64,000 nucleotides of DNA from assembly GCF_009914755.1 (NCBI RefSeq), contig NC_060930.1; one strand, given 5' to 3'. The DNA comes from the human T2T-CHM13v2.0 reference genome, Homo sapiens. A program made the position numbers and the translations under genes. Shown here in pieces: positions 12,214 through 25,990 of the stretch (positions are counted from its first letter, which is position 1; each line of letters opens with the position of its first letter). The notes beneath the pieces were generated by a model. The model was not told the origin of the DNA and searched no databases. It saw only the letters and a list, made by a program, of their open reading frames with translations.

Positions 12214-12403
12214 CAGTGTTTCTCAAGCTCTAGGGTACATCAGAAGCTCTGAGAAGGCTTGTTAAAGCCCAGATTGCTGGTCCTCACCCCCAGAATTTCT
12301 GAGTCTGTAGGTTTGTGGCAGGGCCTGAGAATCTGCATTTCTAATGGGCTCCAAGGTGGTGATGCTGCTGCTGCTTATAGGGGACCACATTTTAGAACCA
12401 CTG
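12214..12403. mobile_element. MER5A-like hAT-Charlie MITE
   Basis: Terminal inverted repeats CAGTGTTTCTCAA / TTAGAACCACTG; internal GAGAATCTGCATTTCTAA. Confidence 0.85.
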
Positions 12404-13547
12404 TACTGACCCACCTTCTCACATACCCCTCTGCCTGCTCTGCTTGTCCTGACTATGTACACCTGTTTCAGGAGCTCTGCCCAGTGCAAAACTCTCTCCA
12501 AGAATAGAAATTAATTTTCAGGAATCTCTATGTCATAAGGAGATCTTCGGATACACCCTTGAATGGTAGAAAATGCCTCTTGGCCAACCGAGACCCCTCA
12601 TTCTAGGAGTTTTCAAAGGTAATATTATAGAAATAAGTATTCAGCTGACAAAAGAGTTTGAGAAAACATCTCTCTTAAATTCACCAAAAAAATGTCCTAT
12701 AGAACACACTCCAGGAAACTTTAGTCTAAAACTAATAATATAACTGTGTAAATGTTTCAATTCACCATTTTAAACTTTTATTTGACGTAGAATTCTTTTC
12801 TCAAATGAAATCCTGCCCAGAACATCAGCCTATAAAGCAGACTCTTGGCAGAATAGACATCATTTGTAGAAAACCTGAAGCACCTGGAGAATCCTACGAT
12901 TCCAAGGAGTACAGTTTGAAACCCCATTTAATGCATAATAAACACAGACCCTTGTGAAGGATGCTATTGCTGGAAAGTGTCCTTGAAGCCTAATTTATAA
13001 CCCTTCTCCTAGAAGGGTTATAAGTCTAGACCAGTGCTTCTTTCTTCACTCCTTTAAAAAATGAACACAGGAGAACTATGTGGAAATACAAGGGCAGGTT
13101 CATTTTCAGAGATCTCATCACTGAGTGTATTTCCACACTCAGTATTTTTAAACTGACTGATAGCCACTGCTATGACTATCTTATCAGCAATGCAGAGCTT
13201 GCGTTTCCAGCCTCCAAGTGTTATGCTACAGGTCACTGTTTTTTTTAAACTCTTACCTGAGTATGCTTCGACCTACTTCTTTATTTTAATTCTTTCTTTC
13301 TTTTGAGGTTAGAAACACCATGCTTTAATTGCTGTAACCCCCAAAAGAAATATAATATTGAGAAACATATTACATTTCCCTGTTTGTTACTGATTGTTGT
13401 CTTAACTGCCTCTGTGGTTCCCAGCAGGAACACTCACGGCAAAATACTCTTCATTTGGAGATGGTGGTGCCCAGCAGATGCTGAATACCATGTTTTCATG
13501 TGGCATGTTTGTTTACTAATTTACAAAATTTGTTTTACCCCCTGCAG

Positions 13548-13710
13548 CTGTAAATGAAAAAGCTATAAAACTAAATGAAACTCTAGGAACTCGAGACGAG
13601 GCCTTTGAGAGAAATTTGGAAGGGCTTCAGAAAGAGATTGACCAGATGATTAAAGAACTGAGGAGGAAAAATCTAGAGACACAAAAGGAAATTGCTGAAG
13701 ATGAGTTGGT
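13548..13710 (+). CDS. LAMA2: LAMA2 coding exon (probably exon 36), 163 nt, phase 1->2
   Basis: ctgcag|CT GTA AAT GAA...GAG TTG GT|gtgagt; (A)VNEKAIKLNETLGTRDEAFERNLEGLQKEIDQMIKELRRKNLETQKEIAEDEL(V); branch-point-like TACTAAT ~30 nt upstream; not in the ORF track. Confidence 0.97.
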
Positions 13711-13844
13711 GTGAGTAGATGAGTTATTATTTTTTCTTTTGACAAACTGAGATTTCCAGATAATTTACAGTTTTCTAAATTTTTATCACACGTATAAGTA
13801 AAAGATGCTTTGTTTTTCCAACCTGGAGATATTTGCTATGTTAT

Positions 13845-13895
13845 CTATCATCTATCTATCTATCTATCTATCTATTTATCTATCTACCATCTATT
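13845..13895. repeat. (ATCT)n tetranucleotide repeat
   Basis: tctatcatctatctatctatctatctatctatttatctatct. Confidence 0.85.
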
Positions 13896-14375
13896 ATTTA
13901 TTCATTTACTTATTTAATTGTACTTTACCATTGTTCCAAAATGAATCAAAAGCATGTTCTTGCCTACATATAATCAAGTAAATGATCTTTTCTGGTGCTG
14001 CTCCTTCTGTAATTAGGCTAATGAGTTTGTTTTGTTAATCATCTGCATTAGGGACTTTTGGACTATCAGTTGATTTTTGTTTTAATAAAAATACCTTTGG
14101 ATAAACAAAGTTATGACTTTACCATTCATATATTGGCCAACCTATACATTTTATCATCTTAAGAAATGCTGAAAAGAAAAGTCATCAAATAATAAACACC
14201 TAATACTTTCAAATAAGAGTTGCGAATATGAGGGTTGGGAAAAGTGATAGTGATTTTACCCATGCTAAAGAACTTTTATGATAACGCACTCAATAAAATA
14301 GATACATCTCTACATTCATAGTCAGCTAACTTCAAAGTGGTAGTATTACTAATACTTAAATAATTTATACTAAAC

Positions 14376-14533
14376 CAGCAATATCAGCACACCAGAGAAC
14401 TTGTTAAAAATACAGATTGTCAGACCCCCTCCCAGACCTCCTGAATCAGAAACTTTGGGGATGGGACCCAGCAAACCATGTATTAACAAGCCCTTCAGGG
14501 GATTATGAGGCATGTTAGTTTGAGAATTACTGT
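14376..14533. mobile_element. MER5A-like MITE (partial)
   Basis: GAACTTGTTAAAAATACAGATT...CTGAATCAGAAACT...TTTGAGAATTACTG. Confidence 0.75.
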
Positions 14534-15101
14534 CTTTCAAGTATTTAGAGTTTCTTAATGACTCGAAAATTATCACTTTAGAAAAACTAGGTAAGTTAAA
14601 TCCAAAAACTTCCAGATCAATCAGTTGGAAGAAAAAGAAACATAGATTAAAATTATGCTAGTCTACTAGCATGACAATGACCTAGAATTCTGTTCACAGT
14701 TTCTGAGCAAACATAACAATATTCATCATTACATTCAAAGTAATAGAGAAAAGGTCTCAGTACAATGAAACAAGTGGATTGTTTGATTTTGGTATGTGAA
14801 GTGAATCTTAAAACTCATTTCATCAATCAGATTCCTAGAATGACATGATTCAAAATGTTATTTTACTTACAAATTTAAAAGGTTTCTTAAAAATCTGTTT
14901 CGCTTTTATTTTAATTAATTATAAATGGTCTCAGGTACCAGTTTTCAACTTGATTTAGCACACAGTGAATCTATTTTACATGTTTTCTTATTTTCTCATT
15001 CTTTTCATGTTAGCATCTCTTTGTAACATGGTTTAATACCAATAAACCCTAAGGCAGTGACATGAGCTCATTGTCTATTATTGGGCTGGGGGTGGTTACA
15101 G

Positions 15102-15312
15102 AGCTGCAGAAGCCCTTCTGAAAAAAGTGAAGAAGCTGTTTGGAGAGTCCCGGGGGGAAAATGAAGAAATGGAGAAGGATCTCCGGGAAAAACTGGCTGA
15201 CTACAAAAACAAAGTTGATGATGCTTGGGACCTTTTGAGAGAAGCCACAGATAAAATCAGAGAAGCTAATCGCCTATTTGCAGTAAATCAGAAAAACATG
15301 ACTGCATTGGAG
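15102..15312 (+). CDS. LAMA2: LAMA2 coding exon (probably exon 37), 211 nt, phase 2->0
   Basis: ttacag|A GCT GCA GAA...TTG GAG|gtgagt; AAEALLKKVKKLFGESRGENEEMEKDLREKLADYKNKVDDAWDLLREATDKIREANRLFAVNQKNMTALE. Confidence 0.97.
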
Positions 15313-17490
15313 GTGAGTCTTAGGGGCACTTTTATCTTAATCTCAGAAGGTTGGGGACTGCGGGGGCAGTGTTGAACATGGCTGGACTATTCAAGTTGAT
15401 GCACATTTACAAAAGTCAAGAGTGACAACTCTGAAAGGGGGCTTCTAAGAAACAGAACAAGAAATGACTTTTTTTTGTTTTTGTTTTGTTTTTAATGACC
15501 AGTTACCATCGCCCAAAGAATCAAATAAAATTTTGATAAATTAAACTGTTGAAGATATTTAAGAACACTGTGATACAGTGGAAGAAGTTCTTTACAGGGA
15601 GTCAGGCGACCTTGGTCTCAATGACAACTGTGCCACTATCTAGACATACAAATTGGGCAAGTCAATTAATCTGTAAGCATCAGTTCTTCAAATCTACAAT
15701 AAGTGCATTATACTATAGCATACATATAGGGTATCTTCAAATATTCATATCATATTATTTTGCAGCTTTCCCAAACTAATTCACAAATCTTGTTCAGAGA
15801 TCTTGCTGCCAAAAATCATAGAAGTTCCCTACACTTTCAAATTCAATCTGAGCACATGACAAATAGCTCAATGAATTGAGACCAGAGCTTGGAAAAATTT
15901 TGGTTCCTCTTTTTCTATGCGCTGTGTTCTATGCAAATGATCTTTTAGAAGGAACTAACATGAATAGATCAGGTCTGCGTTATTTTCTCCTCCTTTTCCA
16001 CACAGATAACAGTTACTTCTCAACTCAAGAAATTATGGGCAGCCTCTATCTTTTTAAGAGTTCTGATGGAACTAGAACTAAAACAGATTCCTCCATTATT
16101 TTTTCTTCTTTTTTTTCCAATTTCTTTCTTAATCTTAACATAGTAAATAATCACTTTTCCTAAGAGTAAACTCAGCACATATAACAGCAGCACCCTGTAT
16201 TTGATATTAATATTTAAACAACAACAACTTTCTCCCCAGAGACAAATTTACCTTTGCTGTTTTCAAAGTATCTGACTCCAACAGGTCAGAAAACAGCAGC
16301 AGACCTATACGTCTTCTAACACATAATTTCACCGTCAACAGTAACTCAGCACCCTCTGGCATATAGTATGTATGTAGAAATGTTTGTTGAATGACAGTAA
16401 CAATTGAATACAATCAACCAGGATTTTTTAAATCTATTCATTTCTATTTTCCTTTAGATTAAGTAGTAAGAGGAAGAATTACATTTTTTTAATATATTTT
16501 ATTTCCGTGTCCCTCTTCTGGGACTTAGCCTTGTCATTCTGGTAGAATATTGAAGAGGCTTACTTTTTTTCTTCACTGATGCACCTAACCAATTTGGAGT
16601 CTACTGACATGCTAGCAGTATTCCAGAAATACTGCTGTGAGGCAGGATGCTGGGCCACTGTCCTGTCACAGGCTCCAGCATGATTCGCCCTGCTCGGTGA
16701 CACACCAGCCGTGTGACTTACCCGAAGGTGCACCTGTCTATTTTATGGCAACCGTTTGATAAATGAAAATTACCTGTGTGGAAAGCATAGTAAGTATTTG
16801 AGAAATATTTCAAGAAGAGTTATATGGCACAGTCAATAGTACCTTTAGCTATTCGTTTCTTTTAGTGATGTTTAAAACCAGAAGTCATCATTCTTGGGCA
16901 CCCCTACAAATACCTGGAGCTTATGTATAGTCGGTATTGAAATTCTGAGTGGTCCTGTTTGGATTTTCCTTGTATGTGCCACGTTTAACTAAAGACTTGT
17001 TTAAAAGTTACTGGATAAAATAGATAAACTAACTGAATCAATATGAATAAGGCATAGATTATTTATGGTTGCTTAAACCAAATAAATAATTTGGTTGCTG
17101 CCAAAATGGCTGAAAATCACGTGGGGTGTTTGTTAAGCCAACAGGTTTCATGGGCTCCCACCTAGAGAGTCTGTGTAGGCTGCTCTGGGGTTTGGCCCCA
17201 TGTGTACATTCTAACACTCTCCCTGGGCTAATCTGATGCCTATACAGGTTCGAGGAAAACTGACACATTGCATCTATTTGATTGAATAATAAGCTGCATT
17301 TTAAATAAATAACTCCCTTATAACTGTGTCCACAATGAAGGTAACACAATTAATACCCAACTCAAAAACTTTTTATTTATTTTAAGGTGGTATGTAATTT
17401 TCTTTTTAAAAATTTTATCAAGCCTCTAATTCATTCAGGAAACGTGCTAGACACCAAAATTGATTGTGTCAGTGATGAGCCCCCTTAGAG

Positions 17491-17650
17491 CAGCAGCCTC
17501 AGCGTAACCTAGCAACTTGTCAAAAAGACAAATTCTTGGACCCCATCCCTAAATGACCAACTCAGAAACTCTGAGAATGGGGCCCAGAAATCCGTGTTTT
17601 AAAAATTCCTCCAGTGATTAAGATGCAGCTTCAAGGTTGAGAACCACGGG
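17491..17650. mobile_element. MER5A-like MITE (partial)
   Basis: CAAATTCTTGGACCCCATCCC...TCAGAAACTCTGAG...TTGAGAACCAC. Confidence 0.75.
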
Positions 17651-18834
17651 TATAAACACTAAAACACCATCTCTGATTACTTCAAGTAACTTGTATTTAG
17701 TGGGAGGTACACATAAGCAAACCACTCCATACGCTACCATAATTATCACAGGCGTAAGCAAAGGAGGGAGTCTAAGTCACCCCTGAGTTTAGGAAGAGCT
17801 TTGTAGAGGCCCTGACACTTGTGCTAGATCCTAAAGGATAAGCACTGGGTCACAGAAGAATAAAGAGAAGAACATTTCAGAAACTGGGAAAAACATATAC
17901 AAAGGCATGGAGGAAAGAAAATGACATTTTGGGGGAAAGTTCAGTGGTTTGATAGGCTTGGAAAGAAGACTGCATGTGAACGACTGAAGGGATAGAAAGA
18001 AAGAGAAGATAGGCAGAGTGCAGACCTTCAGTTATAAGAGAATCGCATTGTGAGACTAAGCTAAGGAATTGGTTTTTATCCTGAGAGCCATAGGAAGCAA
18101 TTGAAATATTGCAGTCATGGGTTAAAATAAAATGTTGCAGAATTTGAGTGGCTCACTGAAACTGAATAAATGGTTTTTTATCGGAAAATAGTGTGATATT
18201 AGGCTAGAAAAGTAGGCTGGGATAATATTTATCTACATATCTGTCAGGTACCTACCATATCAAGGTACTGTTGGTAACCAGGGTATTTGAGGTTGAATAG
18301 AAATGATTCCTGGCCTCAAAGAATTTACAACCTCCTGAAAAATTCAGACATGTCAACCTTTCACTCTACATAATACTATGATAATATTGACTGGGAGATT
18401 CAGCAAAAGTTTCACAAAAATAACAGCATCATAGCAGAAGTGGAGAGGAATTGGAAGAAAGACAGAGCAACAGGAACCCCAGCCAGAGCTTTGGAAGTGT
18501 AAGGTGATCTTAGGAAGTGTCCAGTACAGCAGAAAAACTTTCAAAAGCTACGTAAAAATCTGTAGCAGAGAAGGCTCTGGAATTTGGAGCCAGATCATAG
18601 AAGGCTTTGGATGCAGCCAACTAGATGGTGATGGAGTTGGAAAGGCATTTCCAGCAGTGGAGAGAGGGCTAAGGGAACTGGGGACGTCATGGGAAGAAAA
18701 GAGAAGACAAATATTTCAGTGAAGCAAAATAATATGTATTGAGCAGTCTATCCCCAAATCTACCATTATATCCTTGCCAAAGAAGGCAGTGCGGATCAAG
18801 TAAAGAGTAAGTTGCTACATAAAGAATACACAGG

Positions 18835-19066
18835 CCAGCCTGAGCAACATGGTGACACCCTATCTCTATAGAAAAATACAAAAATTAGTCGGGCATGGTG
18901 GTGCATGCCTGTGGTCCCAGCTACTTGGAGGCTGAGGTGGGAGGATTGCTTGAGCCCAGAAGTTTGAGCCTGCAGTGAGCTGTGATCATGCCACAGCACT
19001 CCAGCCTGGATGACAGTGAGACCCTGTCTCAAAAAAAAAAAAAAGAAAAAGAAAATAAAAGAAAAC
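18835..19066 (+). mobile_element. 5'-truncated AluJ
   Basis: J-type GGATTGCTTGAGCCCAG, GAGCTGTGATCATGCC; TSD AAGAATA(C/G)ACAGG at 18822-18834 and 19067-19079. Confidence 0.9.
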
Positions 19067-19700
19067 AAGAATAGACAGGAAGATAGCTTTTGCAGGTTCC
19101 TGAAGAATCTACCACACCAACACACCAAAAAAAAAGAAAGAAAGAAAAAGAAAGTGTCCAATTTGCAAAGCTCTGGAATAAATAAAGATCTAATTAATTA
19201 CAAGTTAAAAGTAGAAATATAATCAACCTTCATATCCAAACAATAATTGAGCAATTATACTTATGCCATACTTTTTGTAGAATAATTCTCCCTATACATA
19301 GGCCTTCTTTCTGTTTCTTAAATACTCTAAGTTTCCTATCTTAGGTATTTTATATGCTACATCATTTTCTATCTGTGCCTCTCTTTGTTTTTATTGTACT
19401 CATCTAATCTTTCTTTAAGAATATATTATACATTAATTTACTCATTCATTTTATCTCTCCTCCACACAAGCCATGAGGAACATGTGTTCTTCCTCACATC
19501 CCCCAATCCTAGAACAGTATCTAGCAAAGGCAAAACAGATTGTTTTCCGTGAATAAATAAAGTGCCATAGAACAAACCCAGATACTCTATACTTTTGTCA
19601 ATATTTGTGAGCTCCAAATTTCCATCTTTTCTCGGTTCAAAGCTAGAACCCATCAGTATCTAATCTGAAAACAAGACACCTCTAAAATTTATTTAACCTC

Positions 19701-19996
<296 letters not shown>

Positions 19997-20481
19997 TTAT
20001 TTAACCTCTTGATCATCATTTCTGATTGAGTATGCTAAGAAGCACATTTTGATCTTTGCTTTTACAAAAGATTCTAACTCACTACTTTATTGAAATCAAA
20101 ATATATATAGCTCTTCAATTAACACACGTGTGGAAATATCTTCCCTGTTTCCAGTGGCACAGCATTTTAAATTACCTTGATCCATTAATTCAAACAAGCC
20201 ATGTTGTAAAAGATTCTTGTGTTTCTGTACATGCTATACTTTAAGTCAGCTCATACAAAAGCTAAGGGCTAAAATTGGCAGTTGTGTAAAAGAATGTTAG
20301 ACCCTTGGAAGATAAGATATGACTTGTAATCAGGGAGATTGTAATCAGGGACATTGGGACTCTTCCCACATTTGTTGTCTGTGAAGAGTGAATGACATAT
20401 CAAAACTTCCCCTGAATTAGTGATGGGAGTAGCTGAATGAGCCAAGTGTCAGCAGCACAAGTCCCAGGAATGGACTTCATT

Positions 20482-20807
<326 letters not shown>

Positions 20808-21344
20808 ATTTTTATTTATTTATTAAAAAATATTTATTGAGGAAACTCATCTACATACTAGAGATAGTGATATATAAAACTGTCTTTATGGAATTTGTGT
20901 TACAGTGCAGGAGACAGTCACTAAGTCAATAAATAAGCATAAGCTACGACCATAAAGTCTGGATGCACGGGCTGATAAACATAAGTTGTTTACTGATATG
21001 TAATAAATGGTATGTTGCATGATATTGCATAATAGATTCAATGTGTTGTCCTTCATTAACAATGTGTAGTTCAACAGGCTGTGCCTTTCTGCTAGTCCCT
21101 GTACATGTATCTGTGATGCATTGGTATTTCTGATTTTTATTACCTAATCTTTGTTTTTAGCAACTCCCGGCAAAAGTAATCAAGACGAATCAATCTATAT
21201 AAAAAAGAAAATAATATTGTCTATGTTTCTACCACTCTGTAGAATATAATTCAGATAAATGGGTTCTAAGAAGAACAAAATAAGGTAATTATAATAGTTA
21301 AAATTACAGTGTTACTGGGTGCCAGGCAGTGTTCTAAGCTAATT

Positions 21345-21510
21345 CTTCTCCAATTTTACAATGTCTATCAATCATGTGGGGTTCTTGTTAAAGTGCAGAT
21401 TCTGAGTCAGTAGTTCCCAGGAATGGATTGAGATTATGCATTTCTAATGAGCTTCCAGGTGACGCTGATGCTGCTGGTGAATGGGCTGCACATTGAGTAG
21501 GGAGGGACTA
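21345..21510. mobile_element. MER5-family MITE
   Basis: CTTGTTAAAGTGCAGATTCTGAGTCAGTAG...TGCATTTCTAATGAGCTTCCAGGTGACGCTGATGCTGCTGGT. Confidence 0.7.
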
Positions 21511-21999
21511 AACATTTTGTATGAAGGTAAATTACTTCCTTAAGGTTTCATAGCTTGGGAGTGAGCAGAGCTGTGATCCCAAACCAGAAGGGCTGTCACT
21601 TGGATGTAGCTTTTAATCACTGTGCCCTAGTACATAGAGAATGATTGAGACAAGGATAGGTGCTATTTTAGATAGGTAATCAGAGGAGTGGCTATTACCA
21701 GAATGGAGGGAGGACACAAGCCAAAGAGTAGGAAGAGCACATAGTGGGAATATCTGCAAGTGCAAAGGCTTAGAGGCAGGAACTAGTTGTATGTACCTGG
21801 CAACATACTGAATTGGTCGGTGAAGGGAAGGAAAGAAGGGTATGAAATTAGCACTAGCTCAGTGCAAATTTTAAAACTGTGATTTCTATAATAGAAGAGA
21901 TAGTATTTTCGTAGTCAAGGACCCAGGATCTATCATTAAGTAGACAGGGGTTTAAATCTTAATCACACTGTACTATGTGACCTTAAAGGAATCATTTAA

Positions 22000-22360
22000 T
22001 ATCTTAGTTCATCTGAGCTGCTATAGCAAGAGACCAAAAACTGAGTGGCTTATATGCAATCAAAACTTATTTCTTATGGTTCTGGAGGCTGGGAAATCCA
22101 TGATCAAAGTATTGGCAGATTTGGTGTCTGATGAGGGACCACTTTCTGGTTCATAGACACCGTTTTCACTGTGTCCTCACATGGTAAAAGGATGAACAAG
22201 CTCCTTCAGGTCTTTTTTATAAGGGCAGTAATCCCGTTTATGAAGTCTCTGCTTCATGACCTGGTCACCTCCAAAGGCCCCACTTCCTAATCCTATCACC
22301 TTGAGGATTAGGATTTCAACATATGAATTTTCAGGGGACACAGACATTCAGGCCACTGCC
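22000..22360 (-). mobile_element. MaLR solo LTR (MLT1A-like)
   Basis: TCTTAGTTCATCTGAGCTGCTATAGC...TTCTGGAGGCTGGGAAATCC...GGATTTCAACATATGAATTT...GACACAGACATTCAG. Confidence 0.85.
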
Positions 22361-23256
22361 CTTTACTTATCCAATTTCCCACTTATGTAAAAAGTGATCA
22401 ACATGGGATCCAAAGATTGGAATAACAAAATGCTTACAAACTGTCTGGCACATATTGAGATCTAAATGAATTAGCATTATTGTCTATAGAAAAAAACTAT
22501 AAGTGGTCAAAGCTTAAAATTATAATTGATGCAGTTAAATCTGTAGGTAGAATGGTGATTTCAGGAATAGGAATGAATCAGAAGTATAAAGAATAAAATA
22601 AGTAAAAAATAGACCCCAAATGGAGAAATAGCAATATTTGTCTCTCACTGATTTTACTCTTCTAGGCCAGGATTGAGTTTCATGTACTTTTGAGACAAGC
22701 TATATGTTCCAAAGAAAAATTATAATCTGTTCTCTCATGAAACAGTCCATTAGGTTGATTCTTCCATGTGATGGTTTCTCTATTTCTTAAAAAGTATTTT
22801 CCCTAAGTTTCCTTAAAAATCTCACTTCAAATTTCACAGAACTCCCATTGAATACATCTGCTTATGTTTATGCTCACAAAGTACTCATTTGTATATAAAT
22901 TCTAGAATTCAACATGTAGTACCAATATAACTATTCAGCACTTATATTTTAGTTAGAAATGGATGCTCCATCTTTCTTTAAAAGTAGTTTTAATTCCTTA
23001 ACTAGTATCGCATAACTTTTCTTCGCTTGGATGACTTTCTCACAATGAGAAGAAGAAATAACCTGTACAAGCCTCTACATAGAAGAACTCTTCAAGGACT
23101 GGCTAAGTAGTTTATATTTTTCTCATCTAGCCACATTTCAACATGATGTACCTTTTTTGCTAAGCTTTTATTCAAACAGCTCAGGAAAGTCAGGAATACA
23201 AGGGGTAGGATTTTATGAAAATGCAATTTTGATGTCTTGTTCATAATGGTCTACAG

Positions 23257-23373
23257 AAAAAGAAGGAGGCTGTTGAGAGCGGCAAACGACAAATTGAGAA
23301 CACTTTAAAAGAAGGCAATGACATACTCGATGAAGCCAACCGTCTTGCAGATGAAATCAACTCCATCATAGAC
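23257..23373 (+). CDS. LAMA2: LAMA2 coding exon (probably exon 38), 117 nt, symmetric phase 0->0
   Basis: ctacag|AAA AAG AAG...ATA GAC|gtgagt; KKKEAVESGKRQIENTLKEGNDILDEANRLADEINSIID. Confidence 0.97.
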
Positions 23374-23961
23374 GTGAGTATTGGGTAAAACTCAAAAGAG
23401 AGATGATAATGAATAAATGGGAGCCGATGAGAAAGCTCAGTAATAGAAGCAAATACTAGTACTTGTTTTCTTGTGGAGATAAAATTATTTTTGCATTATT
23501 CTACTGTGACCATGCCTATCTGTTGGTGACAACTGGAATATCACTTTGTTCTCCCAATGGACATGAGTGTTTGTGTAAGTGTACTCACACATTCACACAT
23601 ATCTGTTTTTGTCCACAGCGATGAAGGACATTTCTTGTTCCTAGAGCAGCACTTACAATCTGCTTCAATATTTATATAACATTAGTTAAAAGACAAATGT
23701 AAATTTACAAACAGGCTTTTAACATGTAATGTCTAATGCATTACATAGAGTGATATGTGGTCATAGAAATGCAAATGGCCTAAGAGATCCTAATGACATG
23801 TATACCTATGAAGTGGCATTGTTTAAATAGATAGGCTTTTCTTGGTCTAAGTTGGTTTCTTAAATTTCCTAGTCTATTATTCCATTAAATAATGACTTTA
23901 ATTCTCTATTCTTTTTGCTATGTTAGTAAGTTTGAAGTTTCATTTTAAAACTAAACATGTG

Positions 23962-24348
<387 letters not shown>

Positions 24349-24359
24349 CTACATATCAG

Positions 24360-24523
24360 TATGTTGAAGACATCCAAACTAAATTGCCACCTATGTCTGA
24401 GGAGCTTAATGATAAAATAGATGACCTCTCCCAAGAAATAAAGGACAGGAAGCTTGCTGAGAAGGTGTCCCAGGCTGAGAGCCACGCAGCTCAGTTGAAT
24501 GACTCATCTGCTGTCCTTGATGG
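24360..24523 (+). CDS. LAMA2: LAMA2 coding exon (probably exon 39), 164 nt, phase 0->2
   Basis: tatcag|TAT GTT GAA...GAT GG|gtatgt; YVEDIQTKLPPMSEELNDKIDDLSQEIKDRKLAEKVSQAESHAAQLNDSSAVLD(G). Confidence 0.97.
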
Positions 24524-25851
24524 GTATGTCATTTGTTTTTGGAAATGTTTGTGTATTTTGATGCTTGTCCAAAGGTTTTGACTAGCATAAATAGTAGAGA
24601 ATCATTTTCAAATCCTGATTTCTGTTAATTATGAACACACTAGCTATATGGCCTTTCTGTGGATAGGCTTAATTAGGAGGGTCTGGGCAAAGCTTCGCTA
24701 CAGCAGCATCAAAAGTCTGATTTACAAGTAGACTCAAATATGGCTTAGTAGGAAGTGAACATAGCCCTAGGCTACACTTAGAAAAAATTATTTTCTGTTC
24801 TTTATTAAAAAGCACAGTGGTTGCCTTATTAGCATTTTAAATAACATATATGAAAACACATTCTGTTTCAAATTTCAGTTTCATGTTTCTAATGGAATCA
24901 AAACAATTTATTGTTAAAAGGATGGCTTTTGAAAATTTGGTCCCATACGTAGTCTTTAAGTCTTTTTTATTTTTCCTCTTTTAAGCTCCAGGGAGACATT
25001 ACATTTTCTCCTGTAAAATAGCAGCTTATTCTAGCTGGGATTATTACAAAGGTCATAGGAGGGAGAGTAAAGAGGGAAGTATACATTTGACTTACAAACA
25101 GCCTTCTGTGTATAACTGATATGCTTTTCCTACAATTTTGGGATTGTCGTAATTTAATAGCGGTGCTATTAGCCCCAAGAATAATTTGCCCAGATAAATC
25201 TACATCACATGCAAAGCTTTGTTCTCATACTTAATACTTACTGTTATAAAGAAAAAATGCTAATGTTTGAAGACCTTGGACAATATATGAACTATCATTT
25301 TATGTCAAACTTTTGCCACTTTATAATGAAGGGTGGGTGGCAGATGAAACACAAAGCTAGGTATCATCAGATCCAGGCTCTAAGTCCTTACTTGGGGACA
25401 TATTGGTCATTTGGCCTGAAACAGGCCATTTAACCTTCTGAAATTCACTTAGTCTCTTCCGGGAAGTGCACCTACCCCAGAAAGATTTTGTGAAATTAAT
25501 TCCAGTAATGTAGTACAAGTGCTCTGAATCTCACAGCATGCTTCACAAATAAAGTGAAGAATTGTCTCATATCACACACCTGCTAGAGCACCTGGTTGCA
25601 GAGACTTTTGGAGGATGCTATGGGTATTTAAGATATGTTGGTAGTATTTCATAGCTGAATTATTAGAAATATAAGTTTAGGTTATAGAAAACTATAGGAC
25701 AATATAATAAGTAGATACTTCACTATTATTTGGAATTGTCATAGATATATTGGCCATGATCATTTGGAAGCCAGATTTCGTATAATTAGGACGTTCTTCA
25801 TTTGAGTACCATTGAGTGCCCTGACATACTGTTTTTGAATCATCCCACCAG

Positions 25852-25990
25852 AATCCTTGATGAGGCTAAAAACATCTCCTTCAATGCCACTGCAGCCTTC
25901 AAAGCTTACAGCAATATTAAGGACTATATTGATGAAGCTGAGAAAGTTGCCAAAGAAGCCAAAGATCTTGCACATGAAGCTACAAAACTG
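25852..25990 (+). CDS. LAMA2: LAMA2 coding exon (probably exon 40), 139 nt, phase 2->0
   Basis: caccag|A ATC CTT GAT...AAA CTG|gtaaga; ILDEAKNISFNATAAFKAYSNIKDYIDEAEKVAKEAKDLAHEATKL. Confidence 0.97.
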
